A stretch of DNA of 21,637 nucleotides from Thermoplasmata archaeon. GTDB taxonomy: Archaea; Thermoplasmatota; SW-10-69-26; JACQPN01; JAJPHT01. Numbering within the stretch: the first letter of the stretch is position 1; every line of letters starts with the position of its first letter. Under the pieces are notes generated by a model. That model had not been told where the DNA came from and ran no database searches. It saw only the letters and a program-made list of their open reading frames with translations. The stretch is from positions 1 to 21,637 of the forward strand of contig JAXDQU010000110.1 of the NCBI GenBank assembly GCA_034667685.1, written 5' to 3'. Of this stretch, positions 9,115 to 16,889 are shown piece by piece. The translations under genes were made by a program, and so were the position numbers.

Positions 9115-9542
9115 GCCTCGACGCTCCGGCCCCGCGCCTTCAGGAGGAGCGCGTAGATCTCGCAGCCCACGCAGACGTCCGTGACGGCGGCGAGGAGGGC
9201 GAGGGCGGCGACGATCAGCGCGAGCACCCAGCCCAGGAGGGGCGCGCCCACGACGAACGCGACGGTGGCGCCTGCGAGGAAGACGAAGCCGACGGCCTGC
9301 GCGAAGCGGACGGGCGCGGCGTCCTTGAGGCGCGCGGGCGGGCCGAGCTTCAGCAGCGGCACGACGCCCTTGCGCCAGAGGATCGCCATCGGGTTCGCCT
9401 GGGGGCCGAGGAACGCGCCGGCGGCCAGGGCGAGCGCGAGGAAGGGCAGGACGAGCCAGGCCTGGAGGACGAACGCGGTGAGGGCGAGCGCGCCCACGAC
9501 GCCCTGGTTGAACCGGGGCGCGCGGGGGTCGAGGCGGGGCAT
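9111..9542 (-). CDS. DUF4395-family membrane protein
   Basis: MPRLDPRAPRFNQ..., PVRFAQAVG, C-terminal CVGCEIY motif; ~4 TM segments. Confidence 0.88.
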   Translation of the reverse strand: MPRLDPRAPRFNQGVVGALALTAFVLQAWLVLPFLALALAAGAFLGPQANPMAILWRKGVVPLLKLGPPARLKDAAPVRFAQAVGFVFLAGATVAFVVGAPLLGWVLALIVAALALLAAVTDVCVGCEIYALLLKARGRSVEA

Positions 9543-9589
9543 GCCCGTGAGTACGGCCTCGCGTCCTTGAGGGCGCGCGACGCGGCAAT

Positions 9590-9811
9590 CTATCGGCGGC
9601 GCCACGTCCAGGGCTGCTGCGGGCCCGTCTCGCGTGGCCGGCGGAACGTGTGGATGTAGGCCAGCGTGATGCCCGCGGCCAGCGTGAGGCCGCCGATGAC
9701 CATGCCGGTCACGACGGCGAGGAGCGGATAGTGCACGCTCGTGAAGTACGCGACCAGCGTGATCGCGGCGCCCAGGACCATGAGGACGGTCGGATGCCAG
9801 CGCGGGTCCAC
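9590..9811 (-). CDS. Small two-TM membrane protein (73 aa)
   Basis: GTG 9811 (VDPRWHPTVLMV...), two hydrophobic helices and a basic tail; divergent from the SDR. Confidence 0.65.
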   Translation of the reverse strand: MDPRWHPTVLMVLGAAITLVAYFTSVHYPLLAVVTGMVIGGLTLAAGITLAYIHTFRRPRETGPQQPWTWRRR

Positions 9812-9869
9812 GCGCCGGCACCGGCGCGACCCCATAAGGCATTTCCCACCCGGAGCGTTCGCGCCGGAC

Positions 9870-10598
9870 ATGGGTCGCGTGGTTCTCGTGACGGGCGCGG
9901 GGCGCGGGCTGGGCGCCGCGACCGCGGAGCGCCTGGCGCAGGACGGCTGGGACGTCGTCGTCAACTACCGCCATACGGCCGAGGGCGCGGAGAGCGTGCG
10001 CACCACGGTGGAGGCGATGGGCCAGCGGGCGCTCGTGGCGAAGGCCGACGTCTCGCGCTGGGACGAGGTGAAGGCGATGGTCGCGCAGACGATCGAGGAG
10101 CTCGGATCGCTCGACGCCGTCGTCAACAACGCGGGCGTCTACCGGCGCGCGACGCTCGACGCGCTGGAGCCGGAGGACTGGCACGAGACGCTCGATATCA
10201 ATCTCACGGGCACGTACTACGTGACGAAGGCCGCGCTGCCGCACCTGCGCGAGGGGGCGCGCGTCGTGAACCTCGCGAGCGTCCTGGGCGCCTCGGGCTC
10301 GCGGCACGGCGCGCACTACGCGGCGAGCAAGGGGGGCGTCATCGCGCTCACGAAGTCGCTCGCGAAGGAGCTGGGCCCCAAGGGCATCCTCGTCAACTGC
10401 ATCGCGCCGGGCGCCATCGACACCGACATGATCGGACAGGACACGGCCGAGCAGCGCGGCGCGCGGGAGAAGACGATCCCGCTGGGCCGCGTGGGCGCGC
10501 CGCACGAGATCAGCGGCGTCGTGAGCTTCCTGCTGGGGCCCGATGCATCGTACCTCACGGGGCAGGTGCTGCACGTGAACGGCGGATTGTACGTCTGA
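9870..10598 (+). CDS. Classical SDR, FabG-like 3-oxoacyl reductase
   Basis: TGAGRGLG, NNAG, catalytic Ser and YAASK, VNCIAPG, YLTGQVLHVNGG; ATG 9870. Confidence 0.92.
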   Translation: MGRVVLVTGAGRGLGAATAERLAQDGWDVVVNYRHTAEGAESVRTTVEAMGQRALVAKADVSRWDEVKAMVAQTIEELGSLDAVVNNAGVYRRATLDALEPEDWHETLDINLTGTYYVTKAALPHLREGARVVNLASVLGASGSRHGAHYAASKGGVIALTKSLAKELGPKGILVNCIAPGAIDTDMIGQDTAEQRGAREKTIPLGRVGAPHEISGVVSFLLGPDASYLTGQVLHVNGGLYV

Positions 10599-10670
10599 GG
10601 GCAGCCCGGACACGAGATTGGGGAATGCGCCGGGCATCCGCTTATCCGCCCCCCGCGGGGCTCCGCCCGC

Positions 10671-12164
10671 GTGCGCGCCTTCGTCCTCGCCCTGCTCCTC
10701 GCCCTTCCCGCGGTCGTCGCCGTGGGTCCGCTCCCGCAGCCCGTGCCCGCCGTGGCGCCCGGCTTCGTCGTCACGACCTTGGCGCCCGCCGCCGGTCCCA
10801 CCGCGCTCGCCTTCGGCCCGGGCGCGCCGGACCTCTACTACGCGAGCCTCGCCGGTGATATCATCCGCGTGCCGCTGACGTGGACGCCCGCGGGCCCGGT
10901 CGCCTCCGGCCAGCCCACCACGGTCGCGTCGGGCTTCGCGCAGCCGCTCGGGGTCGCGTTCGGCCCCGACGGCGCGATGTACGTCAGCGACTCGCACGCC
11001 AACGCGGCCACGGGGCGCACCGACGGCTACGTCGCGCGCGTGGACCTCGCCGGCACGCGCGTCGTGGTCGACGGCCTGCCCAACGGGCGCCACAACACGA
11101 ACCACCTGCGCTTCGGGCCCGACGGGCGGCTCGACATCGCGAACGGCAACAGCAACGACGACGGCGTCAACGGCGGCGCGCCGGATATCTTCCCGTACAG
11201 CGGCGCGATCCTCAGCGTCGACGCCGCGCAGGTGAGCGCCTCGCCCGCCAAGCTCGGGGACGCGGACTTCGCGCAGAAGGTGCAGGTCATCGCGCACGGC
11301 TTCCGCAACGTCTACGGCGTGGCGTGGAGCCCCGCGGGCGTCGCGTACACGGCGATGAACGGCCCCGACACGTTCCCGCAGGACGCGCAGGACGCGCTCT
11401 TCAAGATCGCGCCGGGCGCCGACTACCGCTATCCGTTCTGCTTCAACCGGGGCAGCGACGCGGGGACGGATATCACGACCGCCAACAACCCGCTCTTCCC
11501 CGCCGCCGATTGCGCGGGCATCCCGCACGCGACGGCGCTCCTGGGGTGGCACGTCTGCGCCACGGGCCTCGACGTCGCGCCCGCGGGCAGCGCGTTCGGG
11601 AACGCCGCGTTCGTCGCCGAGTGCGGGCCGTTCTTCCCGGACCCGCAGGACCACGGCGTGAGCCGCAGCGACACCGGCCACAAGGTCACGCGCGTGACGC
11701 TCGACGCGAACGGAGACGCGGTCGCGGTCGAGGACTTCCTCACGGGCCTCGCGCTGCCCACCGACGCGCGCTTCGGGCCCGACGGCGCGCTCTACGTCGC
11801 GGACGCCGGCGCGATCCTGCGCGTCTCGCCCGTCGCGGTCCCCTCGGCGCCCGCGCCGACCGTCACGATCGCGGCCGTGGGCACGCAGTTCGCGCCCGCC
11901 GCGGTCGTGGTGCCCGCCGGGACGAGCGTCACGTGGACCTCGCCCGCGATCGTGCACACGGTGACGACCGCGAGCAGCCTCGACGACGCGCGCGCCGGCG
12001 TCGCCAACGATCCGCTCGACCGGGACGGGAGCCCCGACACGTTCTCGCAGACGCTCGCGCCCAACGCGCCCGTGACGCACACGTTCGACGAGCCTGGCAC
12101 GTACTACTATTTCTGCGCGTACCACGTGGGGGCCAGCATGGTCGGCGTCGTCCAGGTCGTGTAG
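10671..12164 (+). CDS. Secreted PQQ-dependent sugar/sorbosone dehydrogenase-like beta-propeller with C-terminal cupredoxin domain
   Basis: Signal peptide; repeated FGPDG blades; HNTNHLRFGPDG and GFRNVYG motifs; C-terminal HTVT...PGTYYYFCAYHVGASM type-1 Cu ligands. Confidence 0.8.
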   Translation: MRAFVLALLLALPAVVAVGPLPQPVPAVAPGFVVTTLAPAAGPTALAFGPGAPDLYYASLAGDIIRVPLTWTPAGPVASGQPTTVASGFAQPLGVAFGPDGAMYVSDSHANAATGRTDGYVARVDLAGTRVVVDGLPNGRHNTNHLRFGPDGRLDIANGNSNDDGVNGGAPDIFPYSGAILSVDAAQVSASPAKLGDADFAQKVQVIAHGFRNVYGVAWSPAGVAYTAMNGPDTFPQDAQDALFKIAPGADYRYPFCFNRGSDAGTDITTANNPLFPAADCAGIPHATALLGWHVCATGLDVAPAGSAFGNAAFVAECGPFFPDPQDHGVSRSDTGHKVTRVTLDANGDAVAVEDFLTGLALPTDARFGPDGALYVADAGAILRVSPVAVPSAPAPTVTIAAVGTQFAPAAVVVPAGTSVTWTSPAIVHTVTTASSLDDARAGVANDPLDRDGSPDTFSQTLAPNAPVTHTFDEPGTYYYFCAYHVGASMVGVVQVV

Positions 12165-12168
12165 GCAG

Positions 12169-12585
12169 ATGTTGACGAACCGCTCCGCGCCGCCCGCCAC
12201 GGTCACGCCCGTGCTCCACTATCCCGACGTGCGCGCGGCGGTCGCGTGGCTCCACGAGGCGTTCGGCTTCGAGGAGCGCGTGCGCATCGGCGAGTCGCAC
12301 CGCGCCCAGATGCGCGTGGGCGTGGACGGCGCGATGGTCGTCACCGAGTCGCGCGGCGAGCCCGTCGGCGGCCACCTGGTCAAGCTCCGCGTGCCCGACG
12401 TCGACGCGGCGTTCGCCCGGGCCCACAAGGCCGGCGCGCGCGTCGTGCAGGAGATCCGGACGCACGAATACGGCGAGCGGTCGTGCACGGTGGAGGACCT
12501 GGCCGGACACCGCTGGGAGCTGACGCAGACGGTGCGGGACGTGGCGCCGGAGGAATGGGGCGGCGTCGCCCTCGGGCGCTGGTAG
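12169..12585 (+). CDS. VOC/glyoxalase-bleomycin resistance family protein
   Basis: PVLHYPDVRAAVAWLHEAFGF, VPDVDAAFARA, YGERSCTVEDLAGHRW. Confidence 0.9.
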   Translation: MLTNRSAPPATVTPVLHYPDVRAAVAWLHEAFGFEERVRIGESHRAQMRVGVDGAMVVTESRGEPVGGHLVKLRVPDVDAAFARAHKAGARVVQEIRTHEYGERSCTVEDLAGHRWELTQTVRDVAPEEWGGVALGRW

Positions 12586-12589
12586 CGGC

Positions 12590-12721
12590 TTAGACGAGCA
12601 CGTAGGCGACGGCCGCCAGCAAGCCCACGGCGAGCGCGCCCCAGCTCGCCAGCGCGTCGGCGCGGCTCTCCAGGGTGCGCCAGACGGCGAAGCGGGACGG
12701 GGCGCGGGCGTTGGCGTGCAT
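12590..12721 (-). CDS. Putative 43-aa single-TM microprotein
   Basis: ATG 12721 preceded by AAGGGAG (SD-like) and GTTAAG; C-terminal hydrophobic WGALAVGLLAAVAYVLV. Confidence 0.5.
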   Translation of the reverse strand: MHANARAPSRFAVWRTLESRADALASWGALAVGLLAAVAYVLV

Positions 12722-12870
12722 CGCGCTCCCTTGGTCGCGCGGTTGGCTTAACGGCACCGCCAACGTCGGGGATACACCCATCGAAGCATCGGGGGTGAGC
12801 AGGACCGCGCCCATGCCCGGGCCTCACACCTCCGAAGGCTTGAGGCCACCGGGAGGTCCCTTGGGACCCC

Positions 12871-13452
12871 GTGACCTCCGAGGCCTGGGACGCCTGGCGG
12901 CGCAAGCACGCGGCGCAGCCCGCCCCCTGGCGCGGCCCGGTCCACTCGGCGCCCCTGTTGGCCGGCCTGGCGGGGCGCGTCGTCGAGCTGGGCGCCGGCG
13001 GGGGCAAGGTGGGCGCGGCGCTGCCCGCCGGCGCGGTGGCGCTCGACTGGGCGCCCGAGGGGCTCCGGGACGCCTCCCGGCCGCGGGTGGTCGGCGACGT
13101 GGCCGCGCTCCCCTTCCGCGACGCGAGCCTGGACGCGCTTGTCGCGATCCACGTCCTGGGGCACCTCCTGGCCCCCGCCCGCCAGGCCGCCGCGCGGGAG
13201 ATCGCCCGCGTCCTGCGCCCCGGCGGCGCGCTGGTCGTCGAGGTGTTCGCCCGCGGCGACGCGCGCGAGGGCGAGGGGCGCGAGGTCGAGCCCGCGACGT
13301 GGGCGCGCGAGGGCATCGTGACGCACCACTTCGAGGCGCAGGAGCTTCGCGCGCTCTTCCCCGACCTTGAGGGTGATATCACGCCCGAGACGCGCGCGAT
13401 GCGCTGGGGCACGCGGCGGGCGCTCCGCGCAAGGTTGACGCGCGCGGGCTGA
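12871..13452 (+). CDS. Class I SAM-dependent methyltransferase
   Basis: VVELGAGGGK motif I, GDVAALPFRDASLD, EIARVLRPGG. Confidence 0.9.
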   Translation: MTSEAWDAWRRKHAAQPAPWRGPVHSAPLLAGLAGRVVELGAGGGKVGAALPAGAVALDWAPEGLRDASRPRVVGDVAALPFRDASLDALVAIHVLGHLLAPARQAAAREIARVLRPGGALVVEVFARGDAREGEGREVEPATWAREGIVTHHFEAQELRALFPDLEGDITPETRAMRWGTRRALRARLTRAG

Positions 13453-13464
13453 CATGCGCCGCGC

Positions 13465-14214
13465 GTGACCGAGCGCCTCTACCTGGCCGACGCCTACCTG
13501 CGCGCCTGCGAGGCCACCGTCGCGCGCGCGCAGGGCGACCTCGTGGTCCTCGACCGCACCGTGCTGTACGCGGAGAGCGGCGGCCAGGCGGCCGACCACG
13601 GCACGCTCGCGTGGGACGGGGGCAGCGCGAAGCTCGTCGACTCGCAGGTCGAGGCCGGTGGGCACGTCGGTGATATCACGCACAAGGTCGAAGGCCCGGT
13701 CCCGCCCGCGGGCGCGCGCGTGCGCGTCGAAGTCGACTGGCCGCGCCGCTACGGCCTGATGCGCCACCACACCGCGGCGCACGTCATCGCGGCCGTCGTC
13801 TACCGCGACTTCAAGGCCAAGTTCACCGGCGGCCAGCTCTACCCCGACCGCGCGCGTCTCGACGTCCAATTCGACGACTGGGACCCGGAGCTTCCCAAGC
13901 GCCTCGAAGCGGTCGTCAACGCCGAGATCGCGAAGGGCTACCCGGTGCGCCACGAGGAGATCAGCCCCGACGAGTTCGCCAGGCGCGACCTGCTGCGCAC
14001 CGCCGAGAACCTCGTGGATCCGAGCCTGCGCGCGATCCGGCTCACCGACATCGTGGGGCTCGACGTGCAGGCCGACGGGGGCACGCACGTCCGCGACACG
14101 CGCGAGGTCGGGCGCGTGGTGATGGGCAAGGCCGAGAACAAGGGGAAGGGGCACCGCAGGCTGAGCTATCATTGTGAGCCGCAGGGCTCGGAATCGGGCT
14201 CGAAAGAGGGCTAG
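13465..14214 (+). CDS. alaX: Alanyl-tRNA editing protein AlaX-M
   Basis: LYLADAY, LDRTVLYAESGGQAADHG, MRHHTAAH and QADGGTHV Zn motifs, KGKGHRR. Confidence 0.93.
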   Translation: MTERLYLADAYLRACEATVARAQGDLVVLDRTVLYAESGGQAADHGTLAWDGGSAKLVDSQVEAGGHVGDITHKVEGPVPPAGARVRVEVDWPRRYGLMRHHTAAHVIAAVVYRDFKAKFTGGQLYPDRARLDVQFDDWDPELPKRLEAVVNAEIAKGYPVRHEEISPDEFARRDLLRTAENLVDPSLRAIRLTDIVGLDVQADGGTHVRDTREVGRVVMGKAENKGKGHRRLSYHCEPQGSESGSKEG

Positions 14215-14255
14215 GGTCCCGGGCCCGCTTTCGAGCCCGATTCCGAGCCCTGCGG
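14179..14255. repeat. Perfect 28-bp inverted repeat of hexamer units overlapping the alaX 3' end
   Basis: CCGCAGGGCTCGGAATCGGGCTCGAAAG (14179-14206) and its exact reverse complement (14228-14255); units GGGCTC/GGAATC shared with the 6733-6913 element. Confidence 0.88.
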
Positions 14256-14306
14256 GCGGTGCGCCAGCCGCCACCCTTTTGCGCCTGCCGTCGCCCGGCT
14301 CACGGC

Positions 14307-15029
14307 GTGGCCCGCGACGAGCTTGGCGACACGCCCGGGCAGCTGCGGCGCGACCTGCTCATCGTCGGGCTCGCCATCGTGAGCGTCCTCATCGGGGTCT
14401 GGCAGCTCACGCACGAGAGCGAGCATCCAGGCTTCTCGTGGCTCGACGTCGTGGACCTGGCGATCGTCGCCGTGTTCATCGCGGACTTCCTCTGGCAGAT
14501 GCGCAAGTGCGGCGACTGGAGGGCGTACCTGCGCCGCCACTGGTGGGAGGTGCCCAGCCTGATCCCGGTGGGCGGCGTCTTCGTCTCCGGCGTGCCCGGC
14601 CTCGCGCTCGTGCGGGGCATCCGGCTCGTGCGGCTCGTGCGCGTGCTCCGCCTGCTGCGCATCGTCGGGCTCACGGTGCGCCTCCGTCGCGTCACGCGCT
14701 ACGCGGGCCGCGTCGCCCGGCGCGCGAACCTCGGCCCGATCCTCGCGGCCGGCGCCGTCGTCGTCCTCGTGGGCGGCATGCTCGCCTTCGCGCTGGAGTC
14801 CGACGCCACCCCCGCCTTCGCCAGCCTGGGCAACGCCATGTGGTGGGCGCTCAACGTGTTCGACAACGTCGCGTACGTCGACTTCCAGCCCACGACGCCC
14901 GGCGGGCGCGTCATCGCCGGCGCCCTGGAGGTCTGCGGCGTGGGCTTCATCGGCGTGCTGGGCGGCTCGCTGGCCGGCGCCATCATCCAGGAGCCGAAGC
15001 CGGACGAGGAGGAAGAGTCGCGGGCGTAA
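14307..15029 (+). CDS. 6-TM voltage-gated ion channel (Kv-like) with non-canonical selectivity filter
   Basis: S1-S3 helices, S4 RGIRLVRLVRVLRLLR, S5, pore helix AMWWALN, filter DNVAYVD, PTTPGGR, S6; GTG 14307. Confidence 0.85.
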   Translation: MARDELGDTPGQLRRDLLIVGLAIVSVLIGVWQLTHESEHPGFSWLDVVDLAIVAVFIADFLWQMRKCGDWRAYLRRHWWEVPSLIPVGGVFVSGVPGLALVRGIRLVRLVRVLRLLRIVGLTVRLRRVTRYAGRVARRANLGPILAAGAVVVLVGGMLAFALESDATPAFASLGNAMWWALNVFDNVAYVDFQPTTPGGRVIAGALEVCGVGFIGVLGGSLAGAIIQEPKPDEEEESRA

Positions 15030-15097
15030 GCCCCGGGTCTTCGCGCATTGATCCAGAAGCGAGAACCCCGCGCAAGCGACCGCTCGGCGCGACGTCC

Positions 15098-16714
15098 ATG
15101 ACCGCCGTGTCGCAGAAGAAGTCCGGCGCGCAACGCCTCGCCGCGTGGAAGGAGATCCGCTGGAGCGCGCTGCTGCGGCACGCCTGGCTGCTGCCGATCC
15201 TGGCCGTGGCGCTCTGGCTGCGCATGGCGGGCATCGCCAGCCACCACCTGTACGGCGACGAGGCCGAGTACGCCATCGTCGCGCGCTATCTTTCGCGCGA
15301 CTGGCTCTACCTCTCCTACCCGGGCATCGATCCGTTCAGCACGGCGCCCTTCGTCTCGCAGCCGCCGCTGCTGCTCTACGTCACGGCGGCGTTCATGCGC
15401 GTCATGGGCCCCACCGACATGGCGGCGCTCCTGCCCCCGATCCTCTTCGGCGTGGGCACCGTCGCGACGGTCTACTTCCTGGGCAACCGCCTCGGCGGGC
15501 GCTTCGTGGGCCTCAGCGCCGCGCTCGTGCTCGCGGTGCTGCCGTTCCACATCCAGATGAGCCGGCGCGCGATGCTCGACTCGGGCTACGTGTTCTTCGT
15601 CGCGCTGACGCTCTACTTCCTGGTGCGCTGGATCCAGACGCGCACGCGCGGCTCGGCGGTCGCCACGGGCGTCGCGGCGGCGTGCTGCGCGCTGGCGAAG
15701 CTGCCTGGCGTGCTCGTCATCCCCGTCGCGGTCGCGGCGTTCCTCGTCGCGGTGGGCATCGCGCTCGCGAAGAAGGCGAACGTGCGCGAGACGCTGATCC
15801 AGGGCGGCCTGGGCGCCGCGCCCGTCGCCGCGGGCGGCCTGCTCTATATCCTGCTGATGCTCAAGCTCCAGGCCTTGACGAACCTCTGGGTGAAGATGGT
15901 CTGGCAGGCGGGCCGCGTCAACACCGCCTCCGCCCAGTTCCGCGACCTCGCGCAGCAGACGCGCCCCTGGAGCTGGTACTTCACCGACCCGCAGTTCAGC
16001 TTCCTCGCCGAGTTCGGCCGGCCCGTTCTCGTGCTGGGTCTCCTCGGCCTGGCCGTCGGGCTCTTCACGTACCTGCGCCAGCCGGTGCGCAAGATGGAGC
16101 ACATGGTCGTGCCCCTGGCGTTCCTCGTCACGGCCGCGTTCTTCCTCTGGAGCGACCGCAAGGAAGGGTTCTACCTGCTGCCCTTCGCGCCGATGCTCGC
16201 GGTGGGCCTGGGCCTCGCGGGCGCCGCGCTCTGGGACCTGCTGAAGTGGGCCAACGTCCGCCTCACGCGGGAGAGCGCGCCGCGTCTCGCGCCCGTTGCG
16301 ATGGGCCTCGCTGCGCTGATGATCGTCATGCCCGCCTACGCCGCGGCCAACGACAGCTATCACATGTACGCGCTGGGCGAGACCAACGAGAAGTACCTGG
16401 GCGAAGGCACGAAGGACGCCGCGATCTACATCCACGCGCACGACCCGAGCGCCATCCAGTACGGCACGCTCCTGGGCCGCTTCACGCTCTACTGGTACGA
16501 CGAGCAGCCCGCCTACCACTGGTACGTGGACCACACGTTCGTCGAGAGCCAGATCGCCTCGGGCCACCTCAAGTACGTCGTCAAGGACAACTACATCGGC
16601 CTCGCGTTCGACGACCAGTACATCGACGACCTGATCAACCAGCACCACGGCAAGCTCGTCGCGGAGTACCGCAACGGCTGGGGCAAGGTCGAGGTGTTCG
16701 AAGTCAGCCCCTAG
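15098..16714 (+). CDS. GT39/PMT/ArnT-like (GT-C) polytopic glycosyltransferase
   Basis: LYGDEAEY acidic loop motif, QPPL, SRRAMLD, many TM helices, soluble C-terminal domain; ATG 15098. Confidence 0.88.
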   Translation: MTAVSQKKSGAQRLAAWKEIRWSALLRHAWLLPILAVALWLRMAGIASHHLYGDEAEYAIVARYLSRDWLYLSYPGIDPFSTAPFVSQPPLLLYVTAAFMRVMGPTDMAALLPPILFGVGTVATVYFLGNRLGGRFVGLSAALVLAVLPFHIQMSRRAMLDSGYVFFVALTLYFLVRWIQTRTRGSAVATGVAAACCALAKLPGVLVIPVAVAAFLVAVGIALAKKANVRETLIQGGLGAAPVAAGGLLYILLMLKLQALTNLWVKMVWQAGRVNTASAQFRDLAQQTRPWSWYFTDPQFSFLAEFGRPVLVLGLLGLAVGLFTYLRQPVRKMEHMVVPLAFLVTAAFFLWSDRKEGFYLLPFAPMLAVGLGLAGAALWDLLKWANVRLTRESAPRLAPVAMGLAALMIVMPAYAAANDSYHMYALGETNEKYLGEGTKDAAIYIHAHDPSAIQYGTLLGRFTLYWYDEQPAYHWYVDHTFVESQIASGHLKYVVKDNYIGLAFDDQYIDDLINQHHGKLVAEYRNGWGKVEVFEVSP

Positions 16715-16767
16715 CCTCAGCCTCAGCCTCAGCCTCGGCCTCAGCCTCAGCCCCTAGCCTCAGCCTC
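16704..16767. repeat. AGCCTC hexamer tract with a 21-bp duplication of the glycosyltransferase 3' end
   Basis: ~9 AGCCTC-type units at 16713-16767; TCAGCCCCTAGCCTCAGCCTC at both 16704-16724 and 16747-16767. Confidence 0.85.
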
Positions 16768-16770
16768 CAT

Positions 16771-16854
16771 CCCTCCAGCCACAGAGGACACAGAGGTCAC
16801 AGAGGAGCGAGAAAACCCGCCTCCGTGACCTCCGTGTCCTCCGTGGCTGGAGGG
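16771..16854 (-). repeat. 35-bp-arm hairpin built from nonamer repeats (CACRGAGGW)
   Basis: CCCTCCAGCCACAGAGGACACAGAGGTCACAGAGG vs CCTCCGTGACCTCCGTGTCCTCCGTGGCTGGAGGG, 14-nt loop; the three mismatches are G-U/G-T pairs on the minus strand. Confidence 0.9.
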
Positions 16855-16889
16855 GAGCGCCACGCTGCACGACACGAGGAGGCCGAAGT

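Noticed and set aside
9111-12206. 1031-aa minus-strand ORF
   Set aside because: High-GC shadow of the SDR and propeller genes; only the last 143 codons (DUF4395, from ATG 9542) look like a real protein.
14068-14088. AlaX QADGGTH (Asp in place of the Zn-ligand Cys of CGGTH)
   Set aside because: As I recall, this variant is common in AlaX-M proteins, so it is not evidence of inactivation or novelty.
14174-15097. N-terminal 308-aa extension of the glycosyltransferase (apparent fusion)
   Set aside because: Arg/Pro-rich off-frame read-through of the channel gene; the real start is ATG 15098.
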